Below are positions 1-11,030 of a stretch of DNA of 64,000 nucleotides, in pieces. The DNA is from Epithemia pelagica (taxonomy: Eukaryota > Protista > Bacillariophyta), in assembly GCA_946965045.2 (NCBI GenBank), contig OX337230.1, positions 3,906,001 through 3,970,000 of the forward strand, written 5' to 3'. Each line of letters starts with the position of its first letter. Positions within the stretch are counted from its first letter, which is position 1. Below the pieces are notes generated by a model. The model was not told the origin of the DNA. It ran no database searches and was given only the letters and a program-made list of their open reading frames with translations. The translations under genes were made by a program, and so were the position numbers.

Positions 1-1740
1 CACTTTTTTGTATCGCCCCATGGTGAGACGTTCCAGGGCTTGTAATTTTTCCGTGCTTAGGGATGTCGTATTGGCAAACAAGGTGGCATGATTCTCCCGC
101 AAACAACCCACCGGGATGGTCACGACACAGGCCTTGGCATACACCACCAAATCGGACTTGGTTTCGACACGGACATTGTACTTTGAATGTGTTGTTTGCT
201 TCTCATTGTCACTGTTGTCCTTGTTTACATTATCCGTAGGAATAAGATTGGTCTCACCGGTAATAGATGAAGGAGGAGAATGGTGACCACCATTGGTGGT
301 CGTTGTTGGATGCTGCTGTTGCAAATGTTGAATGCGAATGACTTCTTGGTCGAGTCGAATGCAGTGTCGCACATTCGGTGTCGCCAAGGCTTGGACCACC
401 TTGTGCATTCCCCCTTGGACGGTACAATGCGCTCCCACAAAATCACCATCTTGTTCAAATTCTTCATCGTCCCACAAGGGATCATCCTCCTCCTCATTGG
501 AATTGTCCTTGTCGTCCTCGGAGGAGGATGACGACGACGACGACGAATAATTGCGATTGCGATCGTCGTCCGGATCCAATCGGGTATTGCCATATTGGGC
601 AATGGGAATGTCCTTCAAGCTAAATCCCTGCCAGTACGTCAGTAATTGTTGATAAAACAATGTCAGGGACCAAATGACTTGTCGTTGTTGTTGTTCTTGT
701 TGTTCTTGTTGGTGTGGTAGTAGGGTATCTTTGGAATCCATTCTTGGTGGTGGTGGTAGTTGGAGGGGCAAACTGGCATTCCAGTGCTCCAAGGCACTTT
801 GGAGACTGACATTATTGTTGGCGTGTTCGGCGAGTCCATTTTGAACCATGGTTTGGACTTGTTGATCGACCCGTCGCATAATTTGATAATGCCGTCGAAT
901 CGAGGCACGAATCAAGTCATTGTTATTGTTGGTGGTGGTGGACTCTGAGTCGTGTGGTTGTTGTGGTGGTTGTTTGGTATACAGGAACGGCTGCGGTATT
1001 CGGAATGGTGGCTCTTCTCCGTCTTGTTGGGCGGATGTTGGTGGCGGCTGTTCTAAAAAGAGGGCCAGGTTGTGGGTTCGATGCAAGACTGTGTAGGGTC
1101 GAGTCCAGGGATTGCCTCGTACGACCCGCTTCAAGTCGTCTTGCGCATTCAAATAGTCCAAGACGGGATTGCGAAGCAAGGTGGGAAACCGAGGATCGGT
1201 GACATGAAAGGCATCGTGCGGATCGGGCCAGGGTACGGGATCGACGCCATGGACCCACGCGGCACCCTGATCGATCCACAACACGACATTGCTAGTCTTG
1301 TTGTTGGAGGGATCTTCCTGGTTGTTGTTGTGGTTTTCGTCGTCGTGGTCCTCATGGTCCTCGTTCTCATTGTATTTGTTGTCAGTGGGGACCATTTTTG
1401 TTTGTGGGGGTACCGTATAGGGCGTAGTATGGACCCGTCCTCCAATGCGATTCCGCGCTTCCAAAATCAACACATTCAAGTCACTGTCATCACTGGATTC
1501 TAGCAAACTCTTGGCACATTGCAAGCCACTGACACCCGCTCCCACAATCAACACGTCGACATATTCGACCGGATTGTTGTTGTCGTTGTCGTCTTGGCTG
1601 TCCTTGTCGTTGGTGGTCGTTTGGTCATGGTGCTTGTCTCCATTCTTGTTGTTGTGGTTGTCATTGTGGTGAGTCTTTGCGTTACGTATACCGGTTTCGT
1701 CCGATGTTGATGTTTCTGTTGCTGGTTGTTCTTCGGGCAT
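1..1740 (-). CDS. Flavin-containing amine oxidase (PAO/LSD-like), runs off the left window edge
   Basis: Manual translation from the ATG at 1740 gives VDVLIVGAGVSGLQCA (GxGxxG), LEARNRIGGRVHT, DQGAAWVHG, VVTIPVGCL and LTMGRYKKV. The segments checked share one frame. Confidence 0.85.
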   Translation of the reverse strand, partial: MPEEQPATETSTSDETGIRNAKTHHNDNHNNKNGDKHHDQTTTNDKDSQDDNDNNNPVEYVDVLIVGAGVSGLQCAKSLLESSDDSDLNVLILEARNRIGGRVHTTPYTVPPQTKMVPTDNKYNENEDHEDHDDENHNNNQEDPSNNKTSNVVLWIDQGAAWVHGVDPVPWPDPHDAFHVTDPRFPTLLRNPVLDYLNAQDDLKRVVRGNPWTRPYTVLHRTHNLALFLEQPPPTSAQQDGEEPPFRIPQPFLYTKQPPQQPHDSESTTTNNNNDLIRASIRRHYQIMRRVDQQVQTMVQNGLAEHANNNVSLQSALEHWNASLPLQLPPPPRMDSKDTLLPHQQEQQEQQQRQVIWSLTLFYQQLLTYWQGFSLKDIPIAQYGNTRLDPDDDRNRNYSSSSSSSSSEDDKDNSNEEEDDPLWDDEEFEQDGDFVGAHCTVQGGMHKVVQALATPNVRHCIRLDQEVIRIQHLQQQHPTTTTNGGHHSPPSSITGETNLIPTDNVNKDNSDNEKQTTHSKYNVRVETKSDLVVYAKACVVTIPVGCLRENHATLFANTTSLSTEKLQALERLTMGRYKKV

Positions 1741-3713
1741 TGGCACCACCCACAATTGTTGTTGGTGTTGTTCTTGTTGTGGATTTCCTGTTTGTTGTCT
1801 TTTTCGTTGAGTGCAATATGGGCAGTCGCCCACACCAAAGGTCGTCGATCGTCGTATTCGATGGACTAGGACAAAGGATTCCGTCGTCTGGATCAATAAT
1901 GCTCCCAGTACTACTAGAAACAACCAGAACACCAACACGCTGCTAGTACTACAGCGGCACAACCGAACACAAAGAATGATGGAAACGTGTGGCCCACAAC
2001 AGAATGACAAAGAGCAGACAAAAAGTGGCAATCTCAATGATGCTGGTTGCAGGTTTCACCTACAAACACCAGACTACAACTCGCTTGGTTGGTTGGTTCT
2101 GCAATGCCTCTCGAATATCTTTTGGTCTCTCGTCGTCGTCGTCGTGGGTGTGCGGGTTTGTGATGGTTGTGTGTCGTCATCGGCCAGATCCAGAATTCTT
2201 GGGAGCAAACATTTGTTGTGTGGTCGACAGGCCATGTGCGACTGCAGCTCGTCATCGTTTCAATGCGACCTATCCGCGACCTACTTCTCGGTCGCGCATT
2301 AAATGCGTGAAATGCAAAGCTCCAAGAGAGTATACAAGTATGTCTACTAAGGGCTGGGTAAGCCGATCCATGTTCGGCTAAGTAGGCTCAGTACATTAAT
2401 CTACGTAGAGTACATAAAATCATATAGTACACGTCACGCCGGAAATGGTCGGAATTTCAAAAAAATGCAAAAACGCTCGACAATGATGGCGAGATCCGGT
2501 GACGCCGTATGCATTCACCCATGCATCGCATAAACATCCAACCACCGTAAGTCCTTTGCCTTTACCTTTGAAATGGTTGTCTGAAATTACAGAAGATTTG
2601 CCAAGTTGGCTGAAAAGGTACGCTCATTTTTCTGCAGTGATGAAATCGAACGACCGCCCTAACTCACTCATTTTTCAATGCTGACTCGACCGAATTGAAA
2701 GCATAGTCACTCTAGTAGTAAATAATCTTATTGTCAAAGCGGTCGAGTCAAGCTCTATTATTGAGGAAGTTATGGCCATGGGGGTGACGGCTTCCACCAT
2801 TGTCGAGTGATGGCTTCCAATTTGCATTGTTTCTCGTGGCAGCAAGTTTTCAATTTGAGACCATCCGCCCCACTTGTTACACTGATGAAAATAGTACTAC
2901 AAGCTGAGTTCAGGGAGTGTGTTCCTGTCGTAGACTCCTGTAGAATTTGTACCAGAGGAGTAATCCTGGAAAGCGTTCTGCGTTATTAGCGTCCGACTAG
3001 CGACTTCCTAGTGGCTGAAATAAATATTTTATTAACTTTAGTGTAATGTGTGATTTCTTCCGAACGCTAGATTTTCATCAAAAATTACGAAAAAACAGTC
3101 GACTGTGTTGACCATGGTGGAGGGCCACCCCATCCGTTCGAGATGTTGCCGAGCTGCATCCAGGTGCCTTAGGGTGTTATTCGACCACCACCAATGGGGC
3201 AACAGCTCAAACGGTTGGCATCATCCACAACAACATGATCATCGGATGCACCCCACGCACGATAGTCTCGTACAAAACGAAGTTTTTCTGGGGGAACGCG
3301 AGATTGTCGAGTTTCGGAAGCACTTTGCACAACAGAGGCATAATTATAAGGGCTATATTAACAAAGATGGCTGGCGCGTATTACGTAGATTTCCTACTGG
3401 AGCGCTACGACAGGAACATTCTGTCTGAACTCAGCTTGTACGTAGATTAATGTACTGAGCCTACTTAGCCGAACATGGATCGGCTTACCCAGCCCTTACT
3501 TCTACTGTCTACCCGACAAAAGTTCTCGTCCAGATCGTACATTTTGATTGGGTACCAAGGTTTTGAATCCCGCCTGACTCGGAGAAAATGTGACAAGAAC
3601 CGACAGTTTTTCAAACGTGCCCCATTCTTGACCCACACGTCTCCACTCTCTCACTTGTAAACCCCAAATTTTTTGGGAGAGATCCTGATACATCGGCGAT
3701 ATCATAGTTCACC

Positions 3714-4292
3714 ATGTTTCGATCCTGGACCAAGCTTCTTTCCCACAGTCGCGTCAAGCACTGTTGTGCTCGTCCGTGTATGAGCGGTTACCGCTCCAAG
3801 TCCTCCATCGGAAGAGAGGACAATTATTATATAAGGAAGCTGGAAAGCCATTTCACTGAAAACAGGAAGGAAACAATGCATCTGTGGAATGAAATGCAGA
3901 TTAAGGCCAAAGAAACAAAGAACGAAACAATGATTTTAGCCAAAGAAACGAACAGGAAAATAGATACGTGGGCCATTGGACTCAGTGGACTTTTGATCTC
4001 ACTGTTCGGCGGCACTGTCATTTGCTGGCAGCAGCATTCGGCGAGCGTTTCCTCACGTCTCCAAGCCCAGGACGTATGGATTCAAGCCCAGAACAAAGTA
4101 ATCGCGTCCCATAGCACTAAAGAAATGAAGGAGATGAAGGATCTGTTTGATGAAATAATGTACAATGAAGAACAAGAAAGATTGAAGAAGGCGCAAGATC
4201 TGTGCATGGAAAGGATCAGAATGGTACGGAACTTGGGACTTGGGTGTTCGGTCATGTGCGTACTCATGGGACTTGTACTCGCACTCTGGTAA
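3714..4292 (+). CDS. Orphan leader/coiled-coil/TM protein, divergent member of the MFRYLPK family, two hydrophobic segments
   Basis: Leader MFRSWTKLLSHSRVKHCCARPCMSGYRSKS is homologous to the other family members. Hydrophobic segments are WAIGLSGLLISLFGGTVICW and LGLGCSVMCVLMGLVLALW. Confidence 0.65.
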   Translation: MFRSWTKLLSHSRVKHCCARPCMSGYRSKSSIGREDNYYIRKLESHFTENRKETMHLWNEMQIKAKETKNETMILAKETNRKIDTWAIGLSGLLISLFGGTVICWQQHSASVSSRLQAQDVWIQAQNKVIASHSTKEMKEMKDLFDEIMYNEEQERLKKAQDLCMERIRMVRNLGLGCSVMCVLMGLVLALW

Positions 4293-4339
4293 CTTATAAT
4301 CGCATTCTGGTGACGTATTTTTCCAAGCGAATCGATTCC

Positions 4340-4930
4340 CAAGGTACTCAAGGACTCTTCCAAGACTCAAAGCTACTAGCCCGGGACAAGGTGATTTCGA
4401 TCCGGAGCAGCAAGAAAGGAGTTTGAAACTTACTCTCGGATAGACAATTGAGCAACAAAATAATCATTCTTCCTTTTGAGTCAAACGCTATTTTGTACTA
4501 GGGAAACTTATTCATGCGAGCGCGGGGATGTCCTTCCCATTCATTAGTTTTGGCAGGAGTACAGCGACTCTTTGGACAGACACGATTCTTTACACCTCCC
4601 TCGAAATTTTAGGCCTCAATGGAGTTCACACCTCCCTCGAAATTATAGGCTTCAATGGAGATTGATGCTGGAAAGCGTTTCGTTGGATTCCATGGTTGTG
4701 TTTCTGTCACGACTCTGTCTCATTTTGGGATTATACGGACTTCTCCAGTCGAAAATGTCTACATCGTGGTCGGTTTGGATTTTGAGAGAGGTGACTTGTT
4801 GCAATGTCGCGTCCGTTTTACAAAAAAACGGCCAATCTAATCAAATTTTGAGCCAAGGAAACATTGGGCTTCGAATAAAAGGCCAATGGTATGGAATGGC
4901 CGTGACACCCACCGTTTCGGTCGGTCATCC
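4340..4930 (-). pseudogene. Inverted, degraded copy of the aminotransferase 3' end and its downstream intergenic region
   Basis: Reverse-complement match to about 8600-9100. Encodes VGVTAIP..AFYSKPNVSLAQNLIRLA with frameshifts. Confidence 0.8.
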
Positions 4931-5630
4931 CACAGGCACGGTTGTGGTGGTTGGTTCCGTGTCTGTCGTCTTGCCCAATCGTTTGGGGGTGGACTTGTTT
5001 TGTTGCCGTGCCACGGCTTGTTCTTGTTCCTGTCGCGCCTGTTGTTCGTATTCCAAGCGCTGCGTCAATGCGAATCAACTTCATTTCTTCCTCCCGTTCA
5101 GTGGCTTCTTGTTGGGTGATAAATAATTTTTTGCCATGACGATATTGAAAGTCCGTCAAATAGGATCCAAACACACCAATACAAGAGAGAGAGAGAGAGA
5201 GAGAGAGAAAGGGAGAAAGAACGAAAAGCGCAAAAGGCAACGACAGCCATCCAACCAAGAGCGAGAAAGAAAGAGGCAAGAAGAAAAAAGCACAGATCCA
5301 AACCAATCAGAACAAAATACAATCCGTGTGGTGGTGTATCCGAGTGTGACACGCAGATCCTCGTTCGTGGTCGAACACGATACGCACCAAACAAACTAGG
5401 TAGTACGTGCCGCAATGGTGGGGAATTGTCCATAGACGCGGGTATGCAAGAGTTTGAGGAAGAGTTGCAAATGTTCCTTGCCGGACCGACCATACACAGG
5501 ATTCATCCGAAATGGGGAACGGCCGCGAGGGCGACGGTCCGCACCGGATTGGCCGAAATGTAGTTGGCCACGCGATGATGAAGGCTCAAGGTATCATCAC
5601 CGGGAACAATAGGAACGCCCGATTGGGCGA
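4930..5630 (-). pseudogene. HIG1-domain gene remnant (end of exon 1, intron, exon 2)
   Basis: Matches 54300-55090 (ITQQEA..EEMKLIR and the conserved intron) with deletions. Confidence 0.75.
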
Positions 5631-5679
5631 CCAGTCGTCACCGGATTCGGCATCCTCCTCCATCGTGGTGAAATGACAA

Positions 5680-6100
5680 CCATCACCACGCAATCAAACA
5701 ACAACCTCCGTGCACATTGCAAGCCACTGACACGCGCTCCGTCAATCAACACGTTGACATACTCAACCGGATTGTTATTGTTATTGTTGTCGTTGTCATT
5801 GGTGGTCGTTTTGTCATGGTGGTTGTATCCATACTTGTTGTTGCTGTTGGTATAGCCAATGTGATTGGTCTCTGCGTTACGTTTGCCGGCTTCGTCCGAT
5901 GCTGTTGTTGCTACTGTTGCTTGTTCTCCGGGCATTGGCACCACCCACAATTGTTGTTGTTGTTGTTGTTGTGGATTGCCTGTTTGTGGATTGCCTGTTG
6001 TTGGTCGTCATTTTTGTGTGTACAAGATGGGCGGTCGACCACACCCAAGGTCGTCGATCGTCGTATTCGATGATATACTATGATAAAGGATTCCGTCGTC
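5680..6100 (-). pseudogene. Duplicated 5' fragment of the amine oxidase gene
   Basis: NNNPVEYVNVLIDGARVSGLQCAR matches NNNPVEYVDVLIVGAGVSGLQCAK at 1520-1600, with the GxGxxG motif degraded. The promoter 6050-6470 resembles 1850-2300. Confidence 0.75.
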
Positions 6101-6544
6101 CGGATCAGGATCAATACTCCCACCAGTAATCGAAACAACAACAACAACAACAAACGAGTAGTAAAACGACGGCACAACCGAAAACGAAGAATGGTGGAAA
6201 CGTGTGGCCCACAGAGAATGACAAAGAGCAGACGAGAATTGGCCGTCTCTCAATGATGATGGTAGCACGTTTCACCTACTAGCACCAGACTGCAACTCGC
6301 TTGGTTGGTTGGTTCTGCAATGCCTACTATATCGTTTTGTCGTCGTGTGTGCGGGTTTCTTTGTGATGATGATGATGATCGACAGGCCATATGCGACTGC
6401 AGCTCGTCATCGTTTCAATGTGACCTACACGCGACCAAATAAATCGGTCGCGCATTAGATGCGTGAAACGGTTGGATCTTTTGGCTCGATCACGCAGAGA
6501 GGGAGAGAGGAATCCGCCGCATCCCCCAAAGACTGCAATACACC

Positions 6545-8763
6545 ATGGTTCGTTCGTCCTTTTTATCGTCGGGTTTTGGACTGTCACGTTATGGCAGTGG
6601 TTCGGCGTCGTCCTTGTGGTCGTTTGGATCCTGCGGGTGGTCGTCTGCTGGAATCATGGCTGCCGCTAGTAGTAGTAGTGCCGAAAGGACACTGCCATCA
6701 CAACGTTGGTCTTCTCCGTTGAGAGGAACCGTGTCGTCTTGCTTGTTTTCCACTGGGAATCCCAACAACGAAAACGACGACCACCACCAGAACAAATCGA
6801 CTTCTTCTTCGTCGTCATCGTCGTCGTCTCCCATTCGTTTGGCCCATCGCTTGGATGGTTTGGATTCTCCAACCGTCTGGCATGAATTTACGCCACTTTC
6901 CAAACAACACCAATCTATTAATTTGGGACAAGGCTTTCCCGATTGGGATCCACCCAGGTTTGTCGTGGAGGCCCTGCAAGCCGCCGTCACACACCGTCAT
7001 GCCAATCAATATGCACCCTCCCAAGCCCATCCAGCCTTGGCGCAAGCCCTCGTGCACGAATATACACACCACTTGTGGAACAACGACAAGGACAGCGAAG
7101 ACCATACGCCGAGTCCGGACGCGGCCTGTTTCGACTTGGATCCGACGCAACATGTGGCCACAACGGTTGGTTGTACGCAAGCCTTGTATTGTGCCTTGCA
7201 AGGATTGATCAATGTGGGAGACGAAGTCGTCTTGTTGGAACCCGCCTTTGATATTTATCATTCGCAAGTGCGCATGGCCGGTGGTACCTGCGTCTTTGTC
7301 CCCCTGCGACCCCAACGACATATGACACCGACCGCAAGCAGCAACGACCAAACGAAGAAGACTACTTTGGTGGACCCCCCCAACGAATGGCATGCCAGTG
7401 ATGTGTTTGACTTGGATTTGGAGGAATTTCAAGCCGCCTTGTCGGACCGCACCAAAGTCATTTTACTCAATACACCGCATGTAAGTCTCCTCACAATCAT
7501 AATCGTACCCAGAATCGGCGCGTGTCCTGTGGTTCCTTGTTGTGTGTGTGTGTGCGTTTGGACCAGAGGACGCCGTGCGGAATTGGAACCGTAATGTTCC
7601 CAAACAGAAACACCCACCCAAAGAACATTGGACTCCCTACACCTCTCCTGCAATGGTACATTCATGTGTATACATGTGTGGAGTTGTAAGAGACTGTGAC
7701 AAACGTGCGAGAAAGAGAGAGAGAGGCACGCTGCGTGTTTTTGTTCCACCACTCGTCCTCTCTCATGCTACTTGTGTATATACTCTATAGAATCCTACTG
7801 GTAAGGTGTTTTCTCGGGCCGAATTGCAAGGCATGGCGGATATTTTGCAACAACCCGAATATCAACATATTGTGGTCATTTCGGATGAAGTGTACGAACA
7901 CATTGTCTTTGATCCCAACACACGACCCCACGTTTCCATGGCTACCATCCCGGGCATGTTTCATCGGACCTTGACCTTGAGTTCCTCGGGCAAAACGTAC
8001 GTATATAATCGTTCTCTCGTATCTATGTATTGTTGTTGTTGTTGTTGTTGTTGTTGTGTGTGTGTTGGTCGTTGCATCCTCGAGTATATAGGGATAGGGA
8101 TTGTGTGTGTGTGTTTTGTGGGTCTCACATGCTTTCCTGACGTGTCTTGTTGTTGTTGGTCGTTCCTTTCTTTCTTTTTGTCTTTCACACTTGGCCATTA
8201 GGTTTTCCTGTACGGGTTGGAAAGTGGGATGGGCGATTGGTCCTGCGCATTTGGTCCATGCTGTGACGGCCACCAATCAATGGATTACCTTCTCGGCACC
8301 GACACCGACCCAAGATGCCATGGCGCAAGCCTTGCGTCAAGCACGAACCGAGCCCTACCACGGCCATGCCACATATTTTGACTATGTGGCCGCAGAATAT
8401 CGTCGCAAACGCACCATTTTGCAAACGGCCTTGACCAACGCCGGCTTGACTCCCATTGTTCCCGATGGATCCTTTTTTGTCATGGCCGACACCTCTCAAG
8501 TCGAAATTCCCGAATCTTATTTGCATCACGTGACACGAGCCATGCCCCTTCGGACATTGGACCAACGACGCGTGGCTCCTCGCGATTGGGCCTGTTGTAG
8601 ATGGATGACCGAAACGGTGGGTGTCACGGCCATTCCACCATCAGCCTTTTATTCGACGCCCAATGTTCCCTTGGCTCAAAATTTGATTCGATTGGCCTTT
8701 TGCAAAACGGACGAGACATTGCAAGAAGCGGCCCGGCGATTGGAACAACACTTTGGAAGATGA
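6545..8763 (+). CDS. Kynurenine-oxoglutarate transaminase / glutamine transaminase K (class I/II PLP aminotransferase), 3 exons
   Basis: INLGQGFPDW, NTPH|NPTGK and PLP-lysine motif SSGKT|FSCTGWKVGW. Exons are about 6545-7480, 7791-7996 and 8202-8763 with GTAAGT/GTACGT..AG introns. The N-terminus is Ser/Arg-rich like a transit peptide. Confidence 0.92.
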
Positions 8764-9159
8764 GAGAGAGTGGGATCCTCTCTCAAAATCCGTGCCGACG
8801 ACGATAGGCATTTTCGATTGGAGAACTCTGCATATTCCCAAAGAGAGAGAGTTTTGATAGAAACACAACACCATGGAATCCAACGAAACGCTTTCAAGCA
8901 TCAATCTCCATTGAGGCATATAGTTTGGAGGGAGGTGTGATGAATCGTGGCCCTCCAAAGAGTCGCTGTACTCCTGCCAAAACTAATGAATGGGAAGGAC
9001 ATCCCCGCGCTCGCATGAATAAGTTTACCTAGTACAAAATAGCGTTTGACTCGAAAAGGAAGAATGATGATTTTCTTGCTCAATTGTCTATCCGAGAGTA
9101 TTCCACGACCGACGCCCCGGCCCAAGATGCAGAAACTACGAAGAGCCTCGCTGCTTGCT

Positions 9160-9627
9160 TCACTTGCTCTTGCTCTTAATAATCATATCTTGTGCTTCGA
9201 TTTTGCTATCCTGGGCGTCAATTTTCCGGTCCTGGGACTCAAGCTTGTCATTTTGTGACTCAAAGCGTACATTTTGTGACTCAAAGCGTGCATCTTGTGC
9301 TTCGATTCGTTTCGAGAAACCCTCCGCCTGTCTCTGCAAATTGTTGGTGGACACATCGTGTAGAGCGATCATCAGTCCGATCATCAGTGTCCCCATTGTG
9401 ACCGTAAGTCCCGCTAGTCCCAACGCAGTTTGCGTCATGGTCTCGTTCATTTCCTTATTCATTTTCGTCATGGTCTCGTTCATTTGTTTAACAACTTCCT
9501 TCGGAACCGAAGAATCTTGTTGGCCAATGGAGGACTTCCAGCGGCGTCCGAACAAACACTTTGATGAAAGCTTTTTAAAGGAGGAAGGAAACATGGTGCA
9601 ACACAGGGGCGTTACCTCATGAGGCAA
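9160..9627 (-). CDS. Orphan coiled-coil/TM/AQD-heptad protein, type 2 leader (MFPSSFKKLSSKCLFGRRWKSS)
   Basis: Intact ORF with basic acid-free leader, EMNETMT coil, TM LGLAGLTVTMGTLMIGLMIAL and xxAQD/SQN heptads. A near-identical copy lies at 51632-52099. Confidence 0.7.
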   Translation of the reverse strand: MPHEVTPLCCTMFPSSFKKLSSKCLFGRRWKSSIGQQDSSVPKEVVKQMNETMTKMNKEMNETMTQTALGLAGLTVTMGTLMIGLMIALHDVSTNNLQRQAEGFSKRIEAQDARFESQNVRFESQNDKLESQDRKIDAQDSKIEAQDMIIKSKSK

Positions 9628-9810
9628 TCCAGTTGTAGATGGACCGTGTTTTATGCTTGGAGGAGGAAAGTAATATCAATGCTATAGTACAATCTGCCGT
9701 TAAAAACTGCCCTACTAAGCACAACTGAGAGAACGAGATTGATGCTTGAAACGACGCCCCGACCCAAGATGAAGAAACTACAAAGAGCCTTTCTTGCTTC
9801 ACCAAGAGCC

Positions 9811-10368
9811 TTACTTGCTCCTGGACGCAATAAGCTTGTCTTGTGCTCGGATTTGGGAATCCTGTGCGTCCATTTTTCGGTCCTGAGCTTCGATTTTATC
9901 ATTCTGTGAATCAAAGCGAGCATCTTGTGCTTGGATTTTGGAATCCTGGGCGTCCAATATCCGATCCTGAGCTTGGAATTTATCATTTTGTGCTTCAAAA
10001 CGAGCATCTTGTGCTTCGATTCGTTTAGAAAAATTCTCCGAGTAATGTTGTATTTTAGAGTTGGACATACCGTGTAGCGCGATCATAAGTGTTGCAAGGA
10101 GTCCCGACAGTGCGAACATAAATCCCTGCTGCGTCTTGATGCTTTGAAAATGCAGCTCGTTCATCTTCTGTTTAATGCCGTTCATCTTCTGGTTCATTTC
10201 ATTAAACAGACTTTTCATCTCAATCATGTTTTCGCGCAAACCACTCTTCGTTGCATAATTGTCTTCTGTTCCGAGGGTGGACTTTGTGCGGTGTCCGCTT
10301 ACACACAGACGAGCACAACAGTGCTTGACGCGACTGTGGGATATACGCTTTGGAAGGTATCGAAACAT
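9811..10368 (-). CDS. Orphan coiled-coil/TM/AQD-heptad protein, MFRYLPK leader
   Basis: 185-aa ORF with leader, EMNQKMN coil, TM GFMFALSGLLATLMIAL and nine heptads of form hydrophobic-x-A/S-Q-D/N-x-x. Confidence 0.75.
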   Translation of the reverse strand: MFRYLPKRISHSRVKHCCARLCVSGHRTKSTLGTEDNYATKSGLRENMIEMKSLFNEMNQKMNGIKQKMNELHFQSIKTQQGFMFALSGLLATLMIALHGMSNSKIQHYSENFSKRIEAQDARFEAQNDKFQAQDRILDAQDSKIQAQDARFDSQNDKIEAQDRKMDAQDSQIRAQDKLIASRSK

Positions 10369-11030
10369 GGTGGACTATCGCGGGTTCTTTCGAATGTATC
10401 GCAGGAAGGAAAACTGTGGGCTCACAAAAAATGTTCTCTGCGGGTGACGGGAAAGTGGCAAGTCTGAGGGAGAGAGGAGACGTCCACTTTTGCTGCGCCA
10501 CGAAAAGACTGCAGGAGCTCCAGAGAGTCGAGAGTGTTTGGACGAAGAGGCGCCTGCACGCAAACCCAAAAGAACGGGAACAGTGAACAGTGAAGCTTGA
10601 TATTTTTGATATTCCATTGTTGTGGTGTGCGTCGGGAGTTGTGTGCCCCGTCCGTCACCTCAGGATATGAATATAACTACTACTATATACTTTATACTGG
10701 TAGACATGGAGGAGGCGGTCTGTACAGTTTGAGTTATAGTGGATCGTACGATTGTTGTGTGTTGAGGAGGCGGTCTGTACAGTTTGAGTTATAGTGGATC
10801 GTACGACTGACTCTCGTGGCGCTTCAAAAGTGGCTCTCTCTCAGACTTGCCACTTTCCCGTCACCCGCAGAGAACATTTTTTGTGAGCCCACAGTTTTCC
10901 TTCCTGCGATACATTCGAAAGAACCCGCGATAGTCCACCATGTTTCGATACCTTCCAAAGCGTATATCCCACAGTCGCGTCAAGCACTGTTGTGCTCGTC
11001 TGTGTGTAAGCGGACACCGCACAAAGTCCA
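10278..11030. repeat. Palindromic cassette 1: 191-bp inverted arms (10278-10468 and 10840-11030) around a 371-bp spacer
   Basis: The arms are reverse complements by direct comparison. Each contains about 100 bp of upstream sequence plus the first 30 codons of the divergent genes. Confidence 0.95.
10709..10806. promoter_or_regulatory. 43-bp direct repeat, two copies (period 55 bp), inside the cassette spacer
   Basis: GAGGAGGCGGTCTGTACAGTTTGAGTTATAGTGGATCGTACGA at 10709 and 10764, also present inverted in cassettes 2 and 3. The regulatory role is inferred only from its position between divergent genes. Confidence 0.5.

Noticed and set aside
225-2400. Many short poly-Val, poly-Thr or poly-Leu ORFs on both strands here and throughout the window
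   Set aside because: They are off-frame or antisense shadows of trinucleotide-rich real genes.
10709-10806. CRISPR-like repeat-spacer pattern
   Set aside because: Only two repeats with a 12-bp gap, identical in all cassettes, no cas genes and a eukaryotic context.
10278-11030. Cassette as a TIR DNA transposon
   Set aside because: No transposase or target duplication. Arm lengths differ (173-318 bp) and end inside coding sequence.
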